A stretch of 63,117 nucleotides of DNA, filler included, from Choristocarpus tenellus KU-1152 (GCA_964200185.2; 9 parts of 9 records of this genome joined end to end with filler, not necessarily neighbours in it), one strand, 5' to 3'. Shown: positions 1-12,987, counted from the first letter of the whole stretch. The notes: generated by a model not told the origin, from the sequence alone. Translations and numbers: made by a program.

Positions 1-513
1 GTCCCCCTCCCGGGGGGGGGGGGGGGGGGGGCTTTTGGCTCTCTCCGTGTGCTTCATGCAAAATTTTGATTCTAATTTGAGTACATGTAATAAAATTGAG
101 TCAATAGACCTCTCACTCACAACTTCTTTTGACTGGTAGCACAAGTAGACACACACACACACACACTGATTGTGCAAGTTCTTGGTTCCAAGCTCTCGCG
201 CCGGCAAAAGGTCCATTGGTTCAGTCGCAATGGCGATAGCTAATCTCGACTGAAAAGCTTTTTGTCCGAATTCAGCAATGTTCGGTTCTTTCTTCCTGCA
301 ATGGTGTGTGCACCTACCCATTGGTCAACCACGTTCAGGCAATGCTCACACTGAGCTGACCCACCCAGCGGTTGCTTAACCATCCATGAAAATTGGGCCT
401 AGAAGTCGACTGGGTCCTCTCTTGCTCGTGGAACTCTTGCCTCAGTTTTTTGTATGCAATTTTAGCGTTCCTCCAGATCTGCGCGCAACATCCAACATAC
501 TTTTTCTGCGATA

Positions 514-786
514 GAGTGAAAGTATCTTAGGGTTAGGGTACAATGTTTTCCCCGTTTGTCCGTTTGGGGTCTTGGCTTCTCGTGGAGGTTTTTTATTTTT
601 TATAACATTTTTGTACTCAAAAATATTCGGGAGTAGGCAAAATGTGTACGCTATGAGAAGGTGCTTCCGTAGTAAGGATATTGACACTTCTTAACAAACA
701 CGATAGCCAAAATTACATCGGAATCGAAACATTGGATTTTGACCCCCAAACGGACGCGGCTCCACCCTCTAAAGATACTGTGGCTC
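514..786 (-). mobile_element. Family A MITE copy A1 (Sola2-like non-autonomous TIR element)
   Basis: Starts GAGTGAAAGTATCTTAG and ends CCCTCTAAAGATACTGTGGCTC. The interior matches the other family A copies in reverse. No clean TSD. One TIR is altered to TTAGGGTTAGGGTA. Confidence 0.85.
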
Positions 787-1186
787 ATTTTATCCGATTT
801 TAGTCGAAAATCAATGAACAAATTTTGTTTACGAGGCTTCTCATCCACCGAACGACACACACGCTTCCCTCACCAGCTGCAGAAATAATTGTGGGAATAT
901 TGTTGTAAGAGATATCAAAACCTCCTCTTTCCACCCACAAAACCTTGAGTGCTAAGTTTTTTTTTGCATTTTTTCAACACCTTCATATCTGCCATACATA
1001 ATCCTTTGGCCTTTTGCTCCCCTTTTTGGGCTGCCTTCTGATCACGGGTCTGAGAACATTGACCTTTGTGTGTGTGTGTGTGTTGTCGTTGTGCAATCAA
1101 TGGATAGACCCAAGAATTTATTCAATTCCACACGTTCATGCTAAACACCAATGCTATGCTCCCTCACTTGCTCTTTCGCCTATCAG

Positions 1187-1309
1187 ATTGGGGAGCGTCG
1201 GCAGATCACGGTCCCCCCTCAGCTGGGATACGGAAGCCGTGGGGCTGGAGGCATCATCCCCCCCAATGCCACGCTGTACTTTGACGTTGAGCTCAAGGCA
1301 ATTGATTGA
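1187..1309 (+). CDS. Last exon of an FKBP-type peptidyl-prolyl cis-trans isomerase
   Basis: After a pyrimidine tract and TATCAG acceptor it reads [40 protein letters not shown], the typical FKBP C-terminus (GE.R...PP.LGYG..G....IPPNATL.FDVEL). Upstream exons were not found in the window. Missed by the ORF track. Confidence 0.93.
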   Translation: MGERRQITVPPQLGYGSRGAGGIIPPNATLYFDVELKAID

Positions 1310-2325
1310 GGCGGCGGGGTCTATTTAGTGCGAGAGGGTATAAACAATCAACAGAACGTAACAGCAGTTGGCCTCGGTTTGAGGGGGAGATGAAATCGAT
1401 AACGCCAGTCTCGAAACTTTCTGTTAAGGTTTGGTAGAGATTTGTGAGGCAGTGTGCCTGATCCTCTTCTCGACGGGACTGGAGAGAGTGTGATATGCCA
1501 TGCGCTTTAGCGTGGTGGTGGAGTCTGCTTCATTCTGTGGTGTGTGGAAAGAAACGGGATGCGTCGTCCTGACTCTTTTTCCAACATGGGCTTGTAAGGA
1601 TTTTTTTGGCGGGTTCGGTATTAATACTGGCAGGAGGAAGATATAAAGAGTGATGGTGAAAGAGATGCCTGAGTTCATCACATCTTGATTGTGTTTTGCC
1701 ATGGATCTTGCTCCAAGTCAAGGCAGTGTTACACACAGACAAACAAGAGATATCCATGATAGATATTAAATTATAGTGTGACGTGTCCTACTGTTCACCA
1801 ACTGTAGACAGTAGTACTATGTACTTTAGACTGCATTACACCGCTGCTTCTCTCATGCTTGGTAAAATCCATTGTACTATTGCTGTTAACCACAAGCATA
1901 GTGACCCTGGATTTGATAAATATAATTTGCTTGCTGTTATACAGCTAGCAGCAGTCTTAACCCTCCTGGCAATCCTGGGCATGCTCATCTGTTTTGGGTA
2001 ACCACAGAAGAATGTTGATGCTAATTGTACATTGTGGCTATGGGCGGGCAAGAAGCACTGTGCAAGGCCACATAGGCATTGCGGAATGGGGTGATACTGG
2101 GCTAGGGGTCACTCAGTAAAACTGCAAGCCACTGTGATGAGGTGTAGGGAATTTGGTGACAGAGCAAATTTATGCAGAGGTGTATCAAATTGCCATATTC
2201 CTTGGTTTTCTATATGTGGCAAATATGACAACAAATTGCAGTGGAACGTCGGATAACTCGCTATTTTGTGTTCCTCGTCCCCTTGTGATTATCTGATCTT
2301 GACCGATTTGGAAACTTCTGATCAC

Positions 2326-2455
2326 CTGAAGTTTTGTAGAGGCAGAATTTTTCATGGGAAAAGAGATAGTATCTTTTTGTCCATCGTAGTTGCCTTGAGG
2401 CCTTCGGCTTTTTTAATGGGAGGACTGCTACATGCTCCAGCACATGTCCAAGCCT
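2326..2455 (-). CDS. Possible exon with a PH-domain-like N-terminal motif, perhaps a 3' exon of the WW/ankyrin gene
   Basis: Translates LEHVAVLPLKKPKASRQLRWTKRYYLFSHEKFCLYKTS, resembling PH strands 1-3 (L.K.....W.KRY......LYK). It is flanked by a CAG acceptor and a CAG|GTGATC donor. Confidence 0.35.
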
Positions 2456-4294
2456 CTGGTGGTGTTTGCTGTGAGTTGATCGTATTGGAAACTACAGTAT
2501 TGTCAGGGCTAAGCGATGTGACTCGATTGCTGTTGTTTCAGGGTAACGGAACATAGCCTCTATTTGTTCACACCCCATTTGGTTCAGGGTGCCCATAGAT
2601 TGAGGCGTGAGAAGTATCAAGTTGCTTCTGTAGGAAATCTGGCTTGCTCCAAGTCCCTTTCTGTTTCACTTACCTGCTGGAGTAGGAACAGTTACACCGC
2701 TTGTACTGCATTTGGAGGGTACGTATTGTACCATAAATACAGAGTTGCAGCATAAGTCTATCACCCCATCTTGCAGGGGGCATGAGCTACATGCGCATTG
2801 CACTCTTATCACAGCAACAATGGAAAAGGATCCAAGGTCATGATGGTGTCTCCAAGATAGTATGTGTATTCTGATAAATCAACCTTGATGGCAAGCACCT
2901 TGCTACACATTGGCAAGGATCACTGTGAGCATTACCAACTTTGAGTACAAAGCTTGTTGCACTTCGAATGGTGTTGTCAGTGCTGGTTGTTTTTTGGATG
3001 TCGTGCCTCCGCCCTATGCCTCCTTTGCTGTCGTGTCTTTCACGGACCCTTTTCACACCCGGTCACTATGATATACTACTGTCTTCCTAGCAATTTTCCG
3101 CTGTTTCTGTTCATCCTCTCACTCAACCCTAAATCTGGCATCTCAGTGTCAAGATCTCCTCTGGCGTTTCTTTCAAAGTGAGGACCATTCATACAACCTC
3201 CATGTTTTTACTCACACGGCACAGGGTACCCTTACCCAGCTCATGTCACTGCTACAGCACACTTGGCTGGCACCTTTCCAACGTTTGCTTCCATGTGGGA
3301 TCCACCAGGATACTTGAATACTCTCTCCCTCAAGACGACTGACTCAAGACTCATCCCCCTCTATGAGACACCACCATCCACTATCAGGTACTACATGTTA
3401 TGACAATGTGTACACTTAGTCAGTGAAACAACAATCAAGGGGTTGGATTTAGCCCATACTCAAGTTGCTATGTCTCACTGGACCTGCTCTTTCTGCCTAC
3501 CCTGCGGTAGTGATCCTGGAGATAGTCCACATACACATCTCGTCCAGAACGTGCATGATCCGATCCACCAGTTCCACTCAGTGAATAGGTGGAGGCATTA
3601 CCTCCACCTCTCACTGAAGAGGTCGGAGTCCGACTGTGTGGGAAATTTTGGGACATGTGTTCAGGCGTAAGTGGCATGACCTTCTGTTGCACATTACCCT
3701 TGCATGTAAAACCTGTCCCTCATAGTGTAGTTGGACCTGCACCTTTGCTGCCAAGAATTATTAGTTCGTGTATAAGAAGTCGTGATATACGGATACCATG
3801 GCAGACACAACCTGGTGCTGCACAGTCTAGACTGTAGGGGAAACTAACACCTCTATGAGGAGTACACATCTAGTGGCACTGGTAGATGCACTTGGGGACT
3901 AATTGGAGATTGGGAGGAAGATGAAGGATAGAGAGTAAATTTTGTTTGGTGGAGCTTGTGATTGCCATAAGCATCAAAATCTACTTTATATTCAAATCTT
4001 CCGTAACATCAGGTTTTGGCAAATATCACTTACAGCTCTAACAAATCTATTTATATTATCTCCCTAGAAGATCTGTTCACTTGAACTCCATGTGTCCCTA
4101 CAGCTGAGGACAGCATTCGTTCATTTCATAAATTATTGTATGCTATATATACCCCAGGCAAAAATAGAGGCAGGTTGCATTTTGTAAACTGACAGAGCTT
4201 GAAAAGAGGTCCGAACTTCTCTCTTACAGGAAGCATTTGGGTTCATATATATATATATATATATATATATGAACCCTACAATGTCTTCCCCGTT

Positions 4295-5804
4295 TCAGTT
4301 AGTGGGAATCTCTTTGAAGAATATACATTGCATGCCTTTGAGATCCCATGCCTCTTTACACTCACACCTGGCAGGCCAAGGGTGGTCAGTGCTCCGGTTT
4401 CCACGGCCACTGTCTTCCTGATCACTCCTGAAGAATGAGTAGTCTTCGAACTCTTCAGTCCTTTGAAGGCCTGAATTCAGGGTCATTTTTCGTTGTTCGC
4501 GATCTTGAGGTTGACAATGTTGCCACAACTGCTCCTGCTGCTGCTGCAATTGTCTTGCTTCCTCCAGGGCCACCACCAGATCATGAGGAGGTGTCAGAAC
4601 TTTCCTTTGTCTCCTTTTATTCACACCCTCAGTTTTGTCATACCCGTTCTTACTTCTAATACCACAACCGCCATCCGCACCCTCTCTGCAGTTGCCACGA
4701 AGCAATTTTACATCGTCGCCCTCCAGATCTGACCCCGCTAACACCAACGACTTGAGAGGTTGGTTGTACCGCTTCTTCCGGCGCATTGCGACGAGTACAT
4801 CCTGGGGAGGCTCCATGGGCTGTAGAGGCAAGGGCATGGTCGACCTGAAGAACATTGGCCTGTCTAGGTCACTTCCTGTCTCCGTACCCTGCAATGTTCT
4901 ACTGGTCCCTTCCCTAACCCTCATCCCACCCTGGAATTTGTCATTCCTGCTGCTATTCCTTAGATGAGGCGAACGAAAAGACGGGACCCTTGAAGATTTC
5001 CCTCTTGCCCCCATTGCCTTAAGCTCAGCGTCAGTTGGAGGCCTCCCTTGCGATGCCCAGGGCGGTAAACAGCTGGTGAGATCTTCATTACCACCCCTGC
5101 TACCAGTGTCTTCGTTACCACATTCAACCTCACCTATTTGTCGCTCAGATCGAAATACAGGTGAATCTCGTCCACCACCACAGATTTCACCCCGACTACT
5201 GCTTGACTGTCGAAAGATGTAATCTACAGCACGGGCCAGTGCTCTCCACAGACGTCCTCCAACTGCCTTCGATGAAATCTTTGGGTCATTTGCAGCCTCT
5301 AGCCTCTCCTCAGCTCCTGGTCCTGCTCCAGACTTCGTGTTAGCCAGTTGCCTCCACACTTTCTTCTCCTCTTCCTCCTCCTCATCGTCATCCTCATCCC
5401 CATCCTCCTCTTCCTCTTCCTCTTCCTCTTCCTCCTTCTCCTCCCCCTCCTCCTCCTCTTCATTTTCATCTTCTGGACACAGGAACCTCGGGTCTGGTTC
5501 AGCAGAAGAAAATACTGAAGTTTTGCTTGTCTTGTCCAATCCATCACAGTACCCAGTACAATGGTTCGTGCTTTTCAAGGGATTGATTTCTGGCCGCTTG
5601 AATTTGGAACCTTGTTCCTTCGAAAGCTCTCCATTTTCCCAGTCTTCCATGGGAGGGACAAGGATATCTTGATCATCTGTACACGATTCCCAGCTCCCTG
5701 AGGACGAAAGCTGTAATTCTGTGAGAAACCTAGTCCCTCTAGAATGGGCATCAGTAGGGACACTTCCATTCTCAGCGTTTGAGAGACAGCTGAGGTCTGA
5801 TCCT
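4295..5804 (-). CDS. Large low-complexity exon (acidic tract) of the WW/ankyrin gene; boundaries approximate
   Basis: The 451-aa ORF stays open upstream to a CAACAG acceptor with a pyrimidine tract. It contains a poly-E/D run and lies on the same strand downstream of the ankyrin exons. Phase linkage to the previous exon is unresolved. Confidence 0.65.
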
Positions 5805-6356
5805 CTGTTGATGGGGCCCCCGTGTTATTAAGGTGTGAGAACCGCAGGTTGCGGTGGGAAAAAGGGAAGGAAACAGATTCACATATACTCAGTTTATGTA
5901 CCAGGAGATTGTTGGCTTGAACAGTGCTCTACGGAAATAGTGTGGTAGTGGGTGAACATGAGGTACTTCCCGAACAAAAACAAAAAAAGGGCACGCACCA
6001 AGGAGAAACCAAGATCAATCAAACAATCCCCTGCCGAGGGTTACGTATTTTGCAATCAAATATAATGACAACTCGTGCACATAAACATTTCGCATCAAAC
6101 GGGCTCCCTACCACTCGAAAGATATAATCGTTTTCTAATTTTAGGATTATTAGGGCTAGTGTGAACACAATGTCTGCACTGGAGCTGCAATATAACTGTT
6201 GTTGAGTGGATAGGAAAGGCCTTGACTACTACTAGTAGGCTGCATCACGCTCCTTGTCCATATTGTATCATGTCGTTAGAGACTAACCACAAAGCACACT
6301 AATGCTTACATTGGCATCCCCTGCAGGTTGTGCCCAAATACTTTCAACACGATCCA

Positions 6357-6530
6357 GGCTGAAAGTATCTGGGGTAGGGGGGTTACACCAGGGTGTCCAT
6401 TCGGGCCCTGACCAGAAGTGATTTTACATTATCCATTTGACACATGCAACCAAATCACCCAAAAATCACGACATGAAGAAATAGACCCCAAATGGACAGC
6501 CACCACCCCCCCCTCCAGATGCTTTGAGCC
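6357..6530 (+). mobile_element. Family B MITE copy B1
   Basis: TIRs GGCTGAAAGTATCTGGGG ... CCAGATGCTTTGAGCC, with a perfect 4-bp TSD TCCA (6353-6356 and 6531-6534). Confidence 0.9.
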
Positions 6531-6594
6531 TCCAAGCTCATAGACAGGGCAGAGACATCCTCCAAGCTCATAGACAGGGCAGAGACATCCTCCA
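6531..6594. repeat. Perfect 30-bp tandem duplication adjacent to MITE B1
   Basis: TCCAAGCTCATAGACAGGGCAGAGACATCC twice, followed by TCCA. Confidence 0.9.
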
Positions 6595-6920
6595 TATGCA
6601 TGCTGTACACAAATCATGTACTGTGTTTATAGGCAGTACCCCCACCCTTCCTAATGAGGTGATCTATGCGGTTGTTGTCAAGGTACCTAACCTGATACTT
6701 TTCGATGCTCACTTTGTGTGGATGGATTATTATTGAACTATTGTTGTTGGCCCTGTTTTCTTGGCCATTGTAGAAGGGACTGTCCACTCTGTGTATCCAG
6801 TCAAGTATTATTAAATAATCCAAGTTAGGGTATTTATCACCTTGGTTGCCTTTTAACCGCCCTGGGATCGTCCATTGTGTGCCTGTCAGTCTCCTCCATG
6901 TCCAATCCATACTCCCTTAC

Positions 6921-7079
6921 CACATTGTGATGAGCCTTTTGCCTTGGTACCTCAAGCCCTTCTCCCTTCCCAACTTCATCTCTTCCTCGCTCGGTTCTCT
7001 CTCTTCCACTTCTGCTGCTGTATATACTGCCTTTCCCCGCAAGCCTCTTCCTGTCCTTGACATAATCTCTATTTAACAC
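6921..7079 (-). CDS. Probable exon of the WW/ankyrin gene
   Basis: CAG|GTGTTAAAT...AATGTG|GTAAGG, 53 codons, phase 0, continuing from the 8660 donor. Confidence 0.55.
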
Positions 7080-7676
7080 CTGCTTTACCTGGGAGGTGGA
7101 CAATCGAGAGCATGTTGGCAAAATATGCAAGGATTTGATCTTATTTCTGGTCACAATACTGCGAATTTAAGCAGTGTGTTGGTTGCCGATCTTCGACTAG
7201 AGGTCTTGGCTCCCTCTTGCCTCTCATCCTCTGGATTTTGGCATGTGTGTGTGTGTGTGTGTGTGTGTGAATTGTGTCAAGATTTTAGGTGATTTTAGAC
7301 AACATGGATAAAAAGTGACCTTGCATTCACCAAAATAAAAGGCGTAAAAGTTGCGTTGAGCCAATAAGATACTTCTGCCGATCGACACTCCCTGACCCCC
7401 CCATCCTCTCAACACATGTACCTTTTTGTAAATGCTAATAAGAACAATAAAACAAATGTTAGACGTTAGAAGAACAGTATCAATCATGTCAGTCCTGGAA
7501 ATAATTATATACAGAGAATGTTGAAAAAGTAGGATTGCTGAGTGAGTCAAGGTACACGATAGGTACCCACGGTTGCCTTTTAAGGATAATGACAAATATG
7601 TGCAAATTCCTGTCCATTTTTACAAATGCATATAGGATCATTTCTGAGCTGTGTTAAAAAATTTCAAACAGCAGAG

Positions 7677-7718
7677 AAATCAACCCTCTCAAATCAACCC
7701 TCTCAAATCAAACCTTTC
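7677..7718. repeat. 14-bp tandem repeat x3
   Basis: AAATCAACCCTCTC twice plus AAATCAAACCTTTC. Confidence 0.8.
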
Positions 7719-8264
7719 ACTTCATCCATATAAACATGGGTGAATTATGTAAAATTGAAAAACCGACATAAAAAATGCAAAACAGCCAAACCTGCATACC
7801 TCTCAATTACCCTGGCTGAGTCCTCGTTTGTTGGGAGGAGGGGGGGAACAACAACATGTGCTACAGAAGCAAATGTAATATCATGCTTGAAACATAACTT
7901 TCCTGTGGCTAGTGTATTGTTGTTGATGGGGAACCATAAAGTCTCATCCCCCCAGATATTTCAGCACATGGTTCTCAGTATGATTGTATACAAAACAAGA
8001 GCATTTCGAAAAATGCACTAGGTTCAGAAGTATCTAGCAGTCCGAACATGTACAACAGTGTTACTGCCAGAGGTTTGCCTGAAACAACAAAAATATTTAA
8101 ATGAGGATGAGGAAGATAGTGGTCATCACAGATGCGGAGGCTGCCCCCCTCATTCGACATATATGTACCTTCAAAAGACATCCAACACGTGCATGCATTT
8201 CTGATGCTTCTTATCCCACTGTTCTATATAGGCTTGATGTTCATCCCACTCCAACCCTGAAACA

Positions 8265-8531
8265 GGATCAAAGTATCTTAGAGGGTAGAGCCGCGTCCAT
8301 TTAGGGATCAAAATCCAATGTTGCAATTTTGATGTAATTTTGGGCATTGTGTTTTTGTTAGGAAGTGTCAATATACTTGTTCCGGACGACACACCTTTTC
8401 ATAACGTACACATTTTTCCTAGTCCAAAACATTTCAGAGTGGGTAAAACGTCATTTTAAAAAAATAAAGGGAAACCAGGCCCCAAACGGATAAACAGGGC
8501 AAAACTCTTACCCTTTAAGATACTTTCACTC
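8265..8531 (+). mobile_element. Family A MITE copy A2
   Basis: TIR cores AAAGTATCTTAGAGGGTA / TACCCTTTAAGATACTTTCACTC, with a perfect 4-bp TSD AACA. Confidence 0.92.
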
Positions 8532-8659
8532 AACAGTTACCAATAAACACGCATAGAGTATATGCCGAGGGAAATGAAACTATTTCAAGTGTACGGGGCC
8601 TGTTGGATGGTTCGTTGCACACATTATATCCTAATGTTTGGACACAAAGTTGCTCAGAC

Positions 8660-8848
8660 CTCCTTGGCATTTCCCTCTGCTTCCTCCATGAAAGCCAGGG
8701 TCAGCCTGAGAGACCGTGGAAGGCGTTGTTGTCGAGGGTTTACTGTCAACGCCCCTTCTCGGGGAGTGAGGTTGAGGTTGTTAAGTTGGTTCAGATTACC
8801 ACCGCTCTCAACCAATATCTGAACACAGGCAAGATTCCCATGCCGCAC
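8660..8848 (-). CDS. Ankyrin-repeat exon of the WW/ankyrin gene
   Basis: CAG|VRHGNLACVQILVESGGNLNQLNNLNLTP..., completing the repeat begun by DTALHLA in the previous exon; phase 0. Confidence 0.85.
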
Positions 8849-9197
8849 CTGGTGGAATGAAGCAGTGAAGTTTTAAGGTGAAGAAAGCTATTGGTGTGCT
8901 ACGTCTTTTGGTCTGTGTCGTATGACATGTGGAGTACTGGTTGGTTTGCTAGTATCTTCCGGTGGACAATTTGTGACGCCTCAAGAGGGATCATCAACCT
9001 ATTGAAAGCTCTTCTAGTTTTTTTACATGCTCTGTGCATGATATATTTATATAATGTTGATTTCATCTCCTGGCTTTTCGTATTTGGACCTTTGTAGAGG
9101 ACAGAGAGAGGCTGTAAAAAGAGAAAAAAACTTGTCTGGGCCTTGGGAATGAATTTTGAGTGTTGTGCTCAGCTGCATCCATCTTGACATACCACAA

Positions 9198-9443
9198 GAG
9201 CCAAAGTATCTTAGAGGGTAGAACCGCATCCATTTGGGGGTCAAAATCCAACGTTGAGATTTTGATGTAATTTTGCCTATCGTGTTTGTTAGGAAGTGTT
9301 GATATCACCGTTTCATAACATACACACTTTACCTACTCCTAAATATTTTGGAGTAGGAAAACGTCATAAAAAAAACCCATCGAAAGCCAAGCCCCAAATG
9401 GACAGACAGGGCAAAACTCGTACCCTCTAATATATTTTCACTC
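9198..9443 (+). mobile_element. Family A MITE copy A3
   Basis: GAGCCAAAGTATCTTAGAGGGTA ... TACCCTCTAATATATTTTCACTC, with a perfect 4-bp TSD ACAA. Confidence 0.93.
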
Positions 9444-9591
9444 ACAAACCATCCATTTCAATTCTTTGAATTGAAATAATTGTCGTTGATGGTAAGGGCA
9501 CCCACTCTTGGCTAGCAGTTGTCGAGTCCGTTCTCCGTTGACCACCTGAATGTAAAATGGGTTGGTGAAGGGAGCATATTGGAAAACTCAC

Positions 9592-9714
9592 CGCCAAGTG
9601 CAGAGCGGTGTCTCCATCGCAGTTGGAGTGGTTGATATTTTCTTCTAAGTCAAGCAGCATCCGCAGGCATAAAGGTGCCCCCCTGGCAGCCGCAATTATC
9701 AGAGGTGTGTTTCC
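9592..9714 (-). CDS. Ankyrin-repeat exon of the WW/ankyrin gene
   Basis: TTTCAG|GNTPLIIAAARGAPLCLRMLLDLEENINHSNCDGDTALHLA|GTGAGT, 41 codons, canonical ankyrin motifs. Confidence 0.9.
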
Positions 9715-9992
9715 CTGAAAATAAGTTGTTGACAGCTTTCAGTGTTTGGTGGGTATGGTTTTACCTTTTTCCGAGCAATACTAGTACACTTTTGAGTGTG
9801 TCGGAACTGGGGACCAATGGGGTAAGCCTAAGTGCAATATTATTGTAGAAATAAGCTAGATGGAAAATGTGGCGATTCCCTGCACACAGGCACCCTTGTC
9901 ACATCTGAGACAAGAAGGGAAAAAGAACATCTGTGACAAATGTGGACAGAACAACAATTACCGCAATACAGAGTTGTGTTCTAGAATGCCGT

Positions 9993-10267
9993 AAGCCAAA
10001 GCATTTAAGAGGGTAGGGCCGCATCCATTCGGGGTCATAAATCCAATGTTGCCATTTTGATGTAATTTTGGCTATTGTGGTTGCTAGCAAGTGTCAATAT
10101 CCATCCTTGTACCGAATACACCTTTCATAGTCCTGAATATTTTATCTACTCCGAAATCCGAAATATCCACACAGAAATCCGAAAAAAGGGATAAAAAAAC
10201 CCATGGGAAGCCAAGCCCTGAGCAGACAAACAGGGCAAAACCCCTACCCTCTGAAATGCTTTGGCCC
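9993..10267 (+). mobile_element. Family A MITE copy A4 (variant subfamily with AAAGCATT TIR core)
   Basis: AAGCCAAAGCATTTAAGAGGGTAGGG ... CCCCTACCCTCTGAAATGCTTTGGCCC. The interior is homologous to family A. No clean TSD. Confidence 0.85.
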
Positions 10268-10367
10268 CATGGCTGTAAAAAAAAAAACGCGAGCAAACAC
10301 AGCAATAAGTTGGCAGATCTAATTTTCGGCAAGTACAGGATACTCTGGATAAACTCAAACATCATAC

Positions 10368-10613
10368 CTGGATATCTGATTGGCCAGGGTCGGCACCAAA
10401 CTGACAGAGCAACGTTGCAGATGAAACATCTGCCTGATGGCAAGCATGGTGAAGAGGGGTACGGTGGGCAACGTCCAGCACACACGGAAAAGCTCCTGCA
10501 GAGAGCAGAGCTTCCACATCATGAGGTCGTGCAGCAACACATGCAGCGAACAGGGCTGCATTGAGGTCCTGACATGATACTGGAGAAGTACCTGCCAAAG
10601 CAGTGCCCATGAT
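10368..10613 (-). CDS. Ankyrin-repeat exon of the WW/ankyrin gene
   Basis: DLNAALFAACVAARPHDVEALLSAGAFPCVLDVAHRTPLHHACHQADVSSATLLCQFGADPGQSDIQ|GTATGA, joining GNTPL in the next exon. The acceptor could alternatively lie about 22 nt further in. Confidence 0.85.
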
Positions 10614-10628
10614 CTGTCGCAAAATTGT

Positions 10629-10663
<35 letters not shown>

Positions 10664-11070
10664 CATGTGCATCAAGGACTTAAGTAGGCAGGTTTGGTCA
10701 AGGTGAGTTGCAGTATAAATCCACTACATGAAATAATAAAATGGAATGCGGGAAGATGGGAAACAGCTGGGAGAGATGGCAACTATTAGATCCTAAGAGT
10801 CTAAGTATCTTAGAGGGGGGGATGTTCTAGCCATTTTGAGTTTGACGAGCTTTGCAACTTTGGTTGAAGAAGATGAAGAATTGAAAAAAAGCCGTTGACA
10901 AGGATGACTTGCCCCTGCAATCTAGTTGTGCTCACAAAAGGGTCAAAATGCACTCAAGAGCTTTGGACTTTGGACTCCAGAAACTCATGCCACCAGAAAG
11001 CCAGGGGGGGGCTTACTCTTCTCGACTCTCCTCCGCTCAGTTAATTTGGCTTATAGTATTGGGCAATGTT

Positions 11071-11329
11071 GAGCCAAAGTATCTTAGAGGGTAGAGCCGC
11101 ATCCATTTGGGGGCCAAAATCCAATGTTGCGATTTTGATGTAATTTTGGCTATCGTGTTTGTTAGGAAGAGTCAATATCCTTGTTCACGACACACCTTTT
11201 CATAACTTATATATTTTACCTACTCCGAAATATTTTGGACAAGAAAAACGTCATAAAAAACCCTGAGGGAAGCCAAGCCCCAAATGGACAAACAGGGCAA
11301 AACTCGTACCCTCTAAGATACTTTCATTC
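11071..11329 (+). mobile_element. Family A MITE copy A5
   Basis: Full-length match with both TIRs; no matching TSD. Confidence 0.88.
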
Positions 11330-11382
11330 AGATTACATTACAAGTGTGCAATCTACCACCCCCACCCTTTACCGGTCCCTAC

Positions 11383-12021
11383 CTGTCCATACTCTGAGTC
11401 GGGGAATGATTCAGGCCACGAAACAGGCCCTTTTTTTGGTCCTTGATTGCTCCTCCTCAACGATCCTCCTCTTTCAAAGACACTATCTGCTGCCTCTGAG
11501 TTGCCTCGGCCAAGGAAACGCCGAGGCTGCTCACCGTGAATCCGATCGGAACCCTTGGTGATATCCCTAGCAACACCATCAATGGCTTCTTCAAAGAAGT
11601 GCTTCCAGACAACTACAGGGCTTTGGACCTCTTTCCTAACACTGGCATGCATCACTTGTCCTCGCCTAGCCACATTTCCATCCTTGATAACTTCATCTTC
11701 CATCCCTCCCTCTGCAGTTGCCTGGCCTTCTGCTTCCACTTGTGTGCTATCCCCTGTTGCCTCCTGGTGGGGTGTATAGCGCCCTGCTGTCCAGACACTA
11801 TATTCGATCTCACCAGACTCGATCACAGATCCAATTTCTACTTCAGTCCCCACACAATCCACGGCTATTCCCAATTGGCCCTTGTCTTGAGGGTTTTCAG
11901 CACATTGGCTGAGAGTAGGATCTATGTATTTCATTTTTCGCTCAGGTTGTTGCCACTCTGACACCCCAGTGAGAGTATTGTAGTAATATATGTCCCCTTC
12001 TTCTGTCCTGTACGCAATCCA
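11383..12021 (-). CDS. WW-domain exon of the WW/ankyrin gene
   Basis: CAG|WIAYRTEEGDIYYYNTLTGVSEWQQP is a WW signature. Donor is at 11383 (CAG|GTAGGG) or alternatively 11535. Confidence 0.85.
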
Positions 12022-12666
12022 CTGCTTGGGAATGAGGTGGAGGAGGGAGGAAGAATTGCAACAAAAGAATATTGAAGTGTCACTGAATGGATGAAATTTG
12101 AGAATTGAATCACTGTCAGGTGTGGAAGTTACAAATTTGGCAATTAGGAAAGCCACTTGGGTCAGAGGGCTTAATCTTAGTAGGTGCCAATGACTACGTC
12201 AAGTTGTTTGGATATTTTGGAATGCCTTGTTCGAAGGGGCCATTGAGGATTATTCTTGAAGGGAACCACAACCATGTGATAAAAAAGGAAACATTGGCTA
12301 CTTGCAGATATAGCTATGTACAGAAAACAACATAGGTTGCAATAGCAATTGCAATATTTAGAACGAATAAGCAGAGAGCTACAAGGTCAGATTCCTTATT
12401 GTGCTCGTTGACGAACAGGGTCTCAGAGAAAGACTGCAGGACAATGTTTGGGATCACATATGGTAAACAATTTGTTAAGTGTAAGAACAAAAGGAAATGA
12501 AAGTCATCTATGTGGGCAGTGCCAAGCTTGTTGAAGCAGAGAATGCATCCTACTTCAGTGCTCCTCAAACTCTTTTCTGCAAATTAGGAACGAGTTCTCA
12601 TACGAAAAATTCTTCAATTTTTTGCAGCATTTTTCCAGCCATTTAGTAATACATAAGCACTCTCCC

Positions 12667-12921
12667 GAGTGAAAATATCTGAAAGGGTACGAGTTTTGAC
12701 CTGTTTGTCTAAATGGGGCTTGGCTTCCCATTTTTTTTTAATAACACTTTCCTACTTCAAAAGTTAGGAGTAGGTAGAATGTATACGTTATGAAAAGGTG
12801 TGTCTGTAACATGGATATTGACACTTCCTAACAAACACAATAGGCAAAATTATATCAAAATTGCAACATTGAATTTTGACACCAAATGGATGCGGCTCTA
12901 CCCTCTAAGATACTTTGGCTC
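12667..12921 (-). mobile_element. Family A MITE copy A6
   Basis: Reverse-oriented full copy with a perfect 4-bp TSD TCCC. Confidence 0.92.
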
Positions 12922-12987
12922 TCCCTCCTGCTTACCACCAACTAGTAAGCCCCAACCCTCCCCCTCATCCTCATCCTGTATTCTTAC

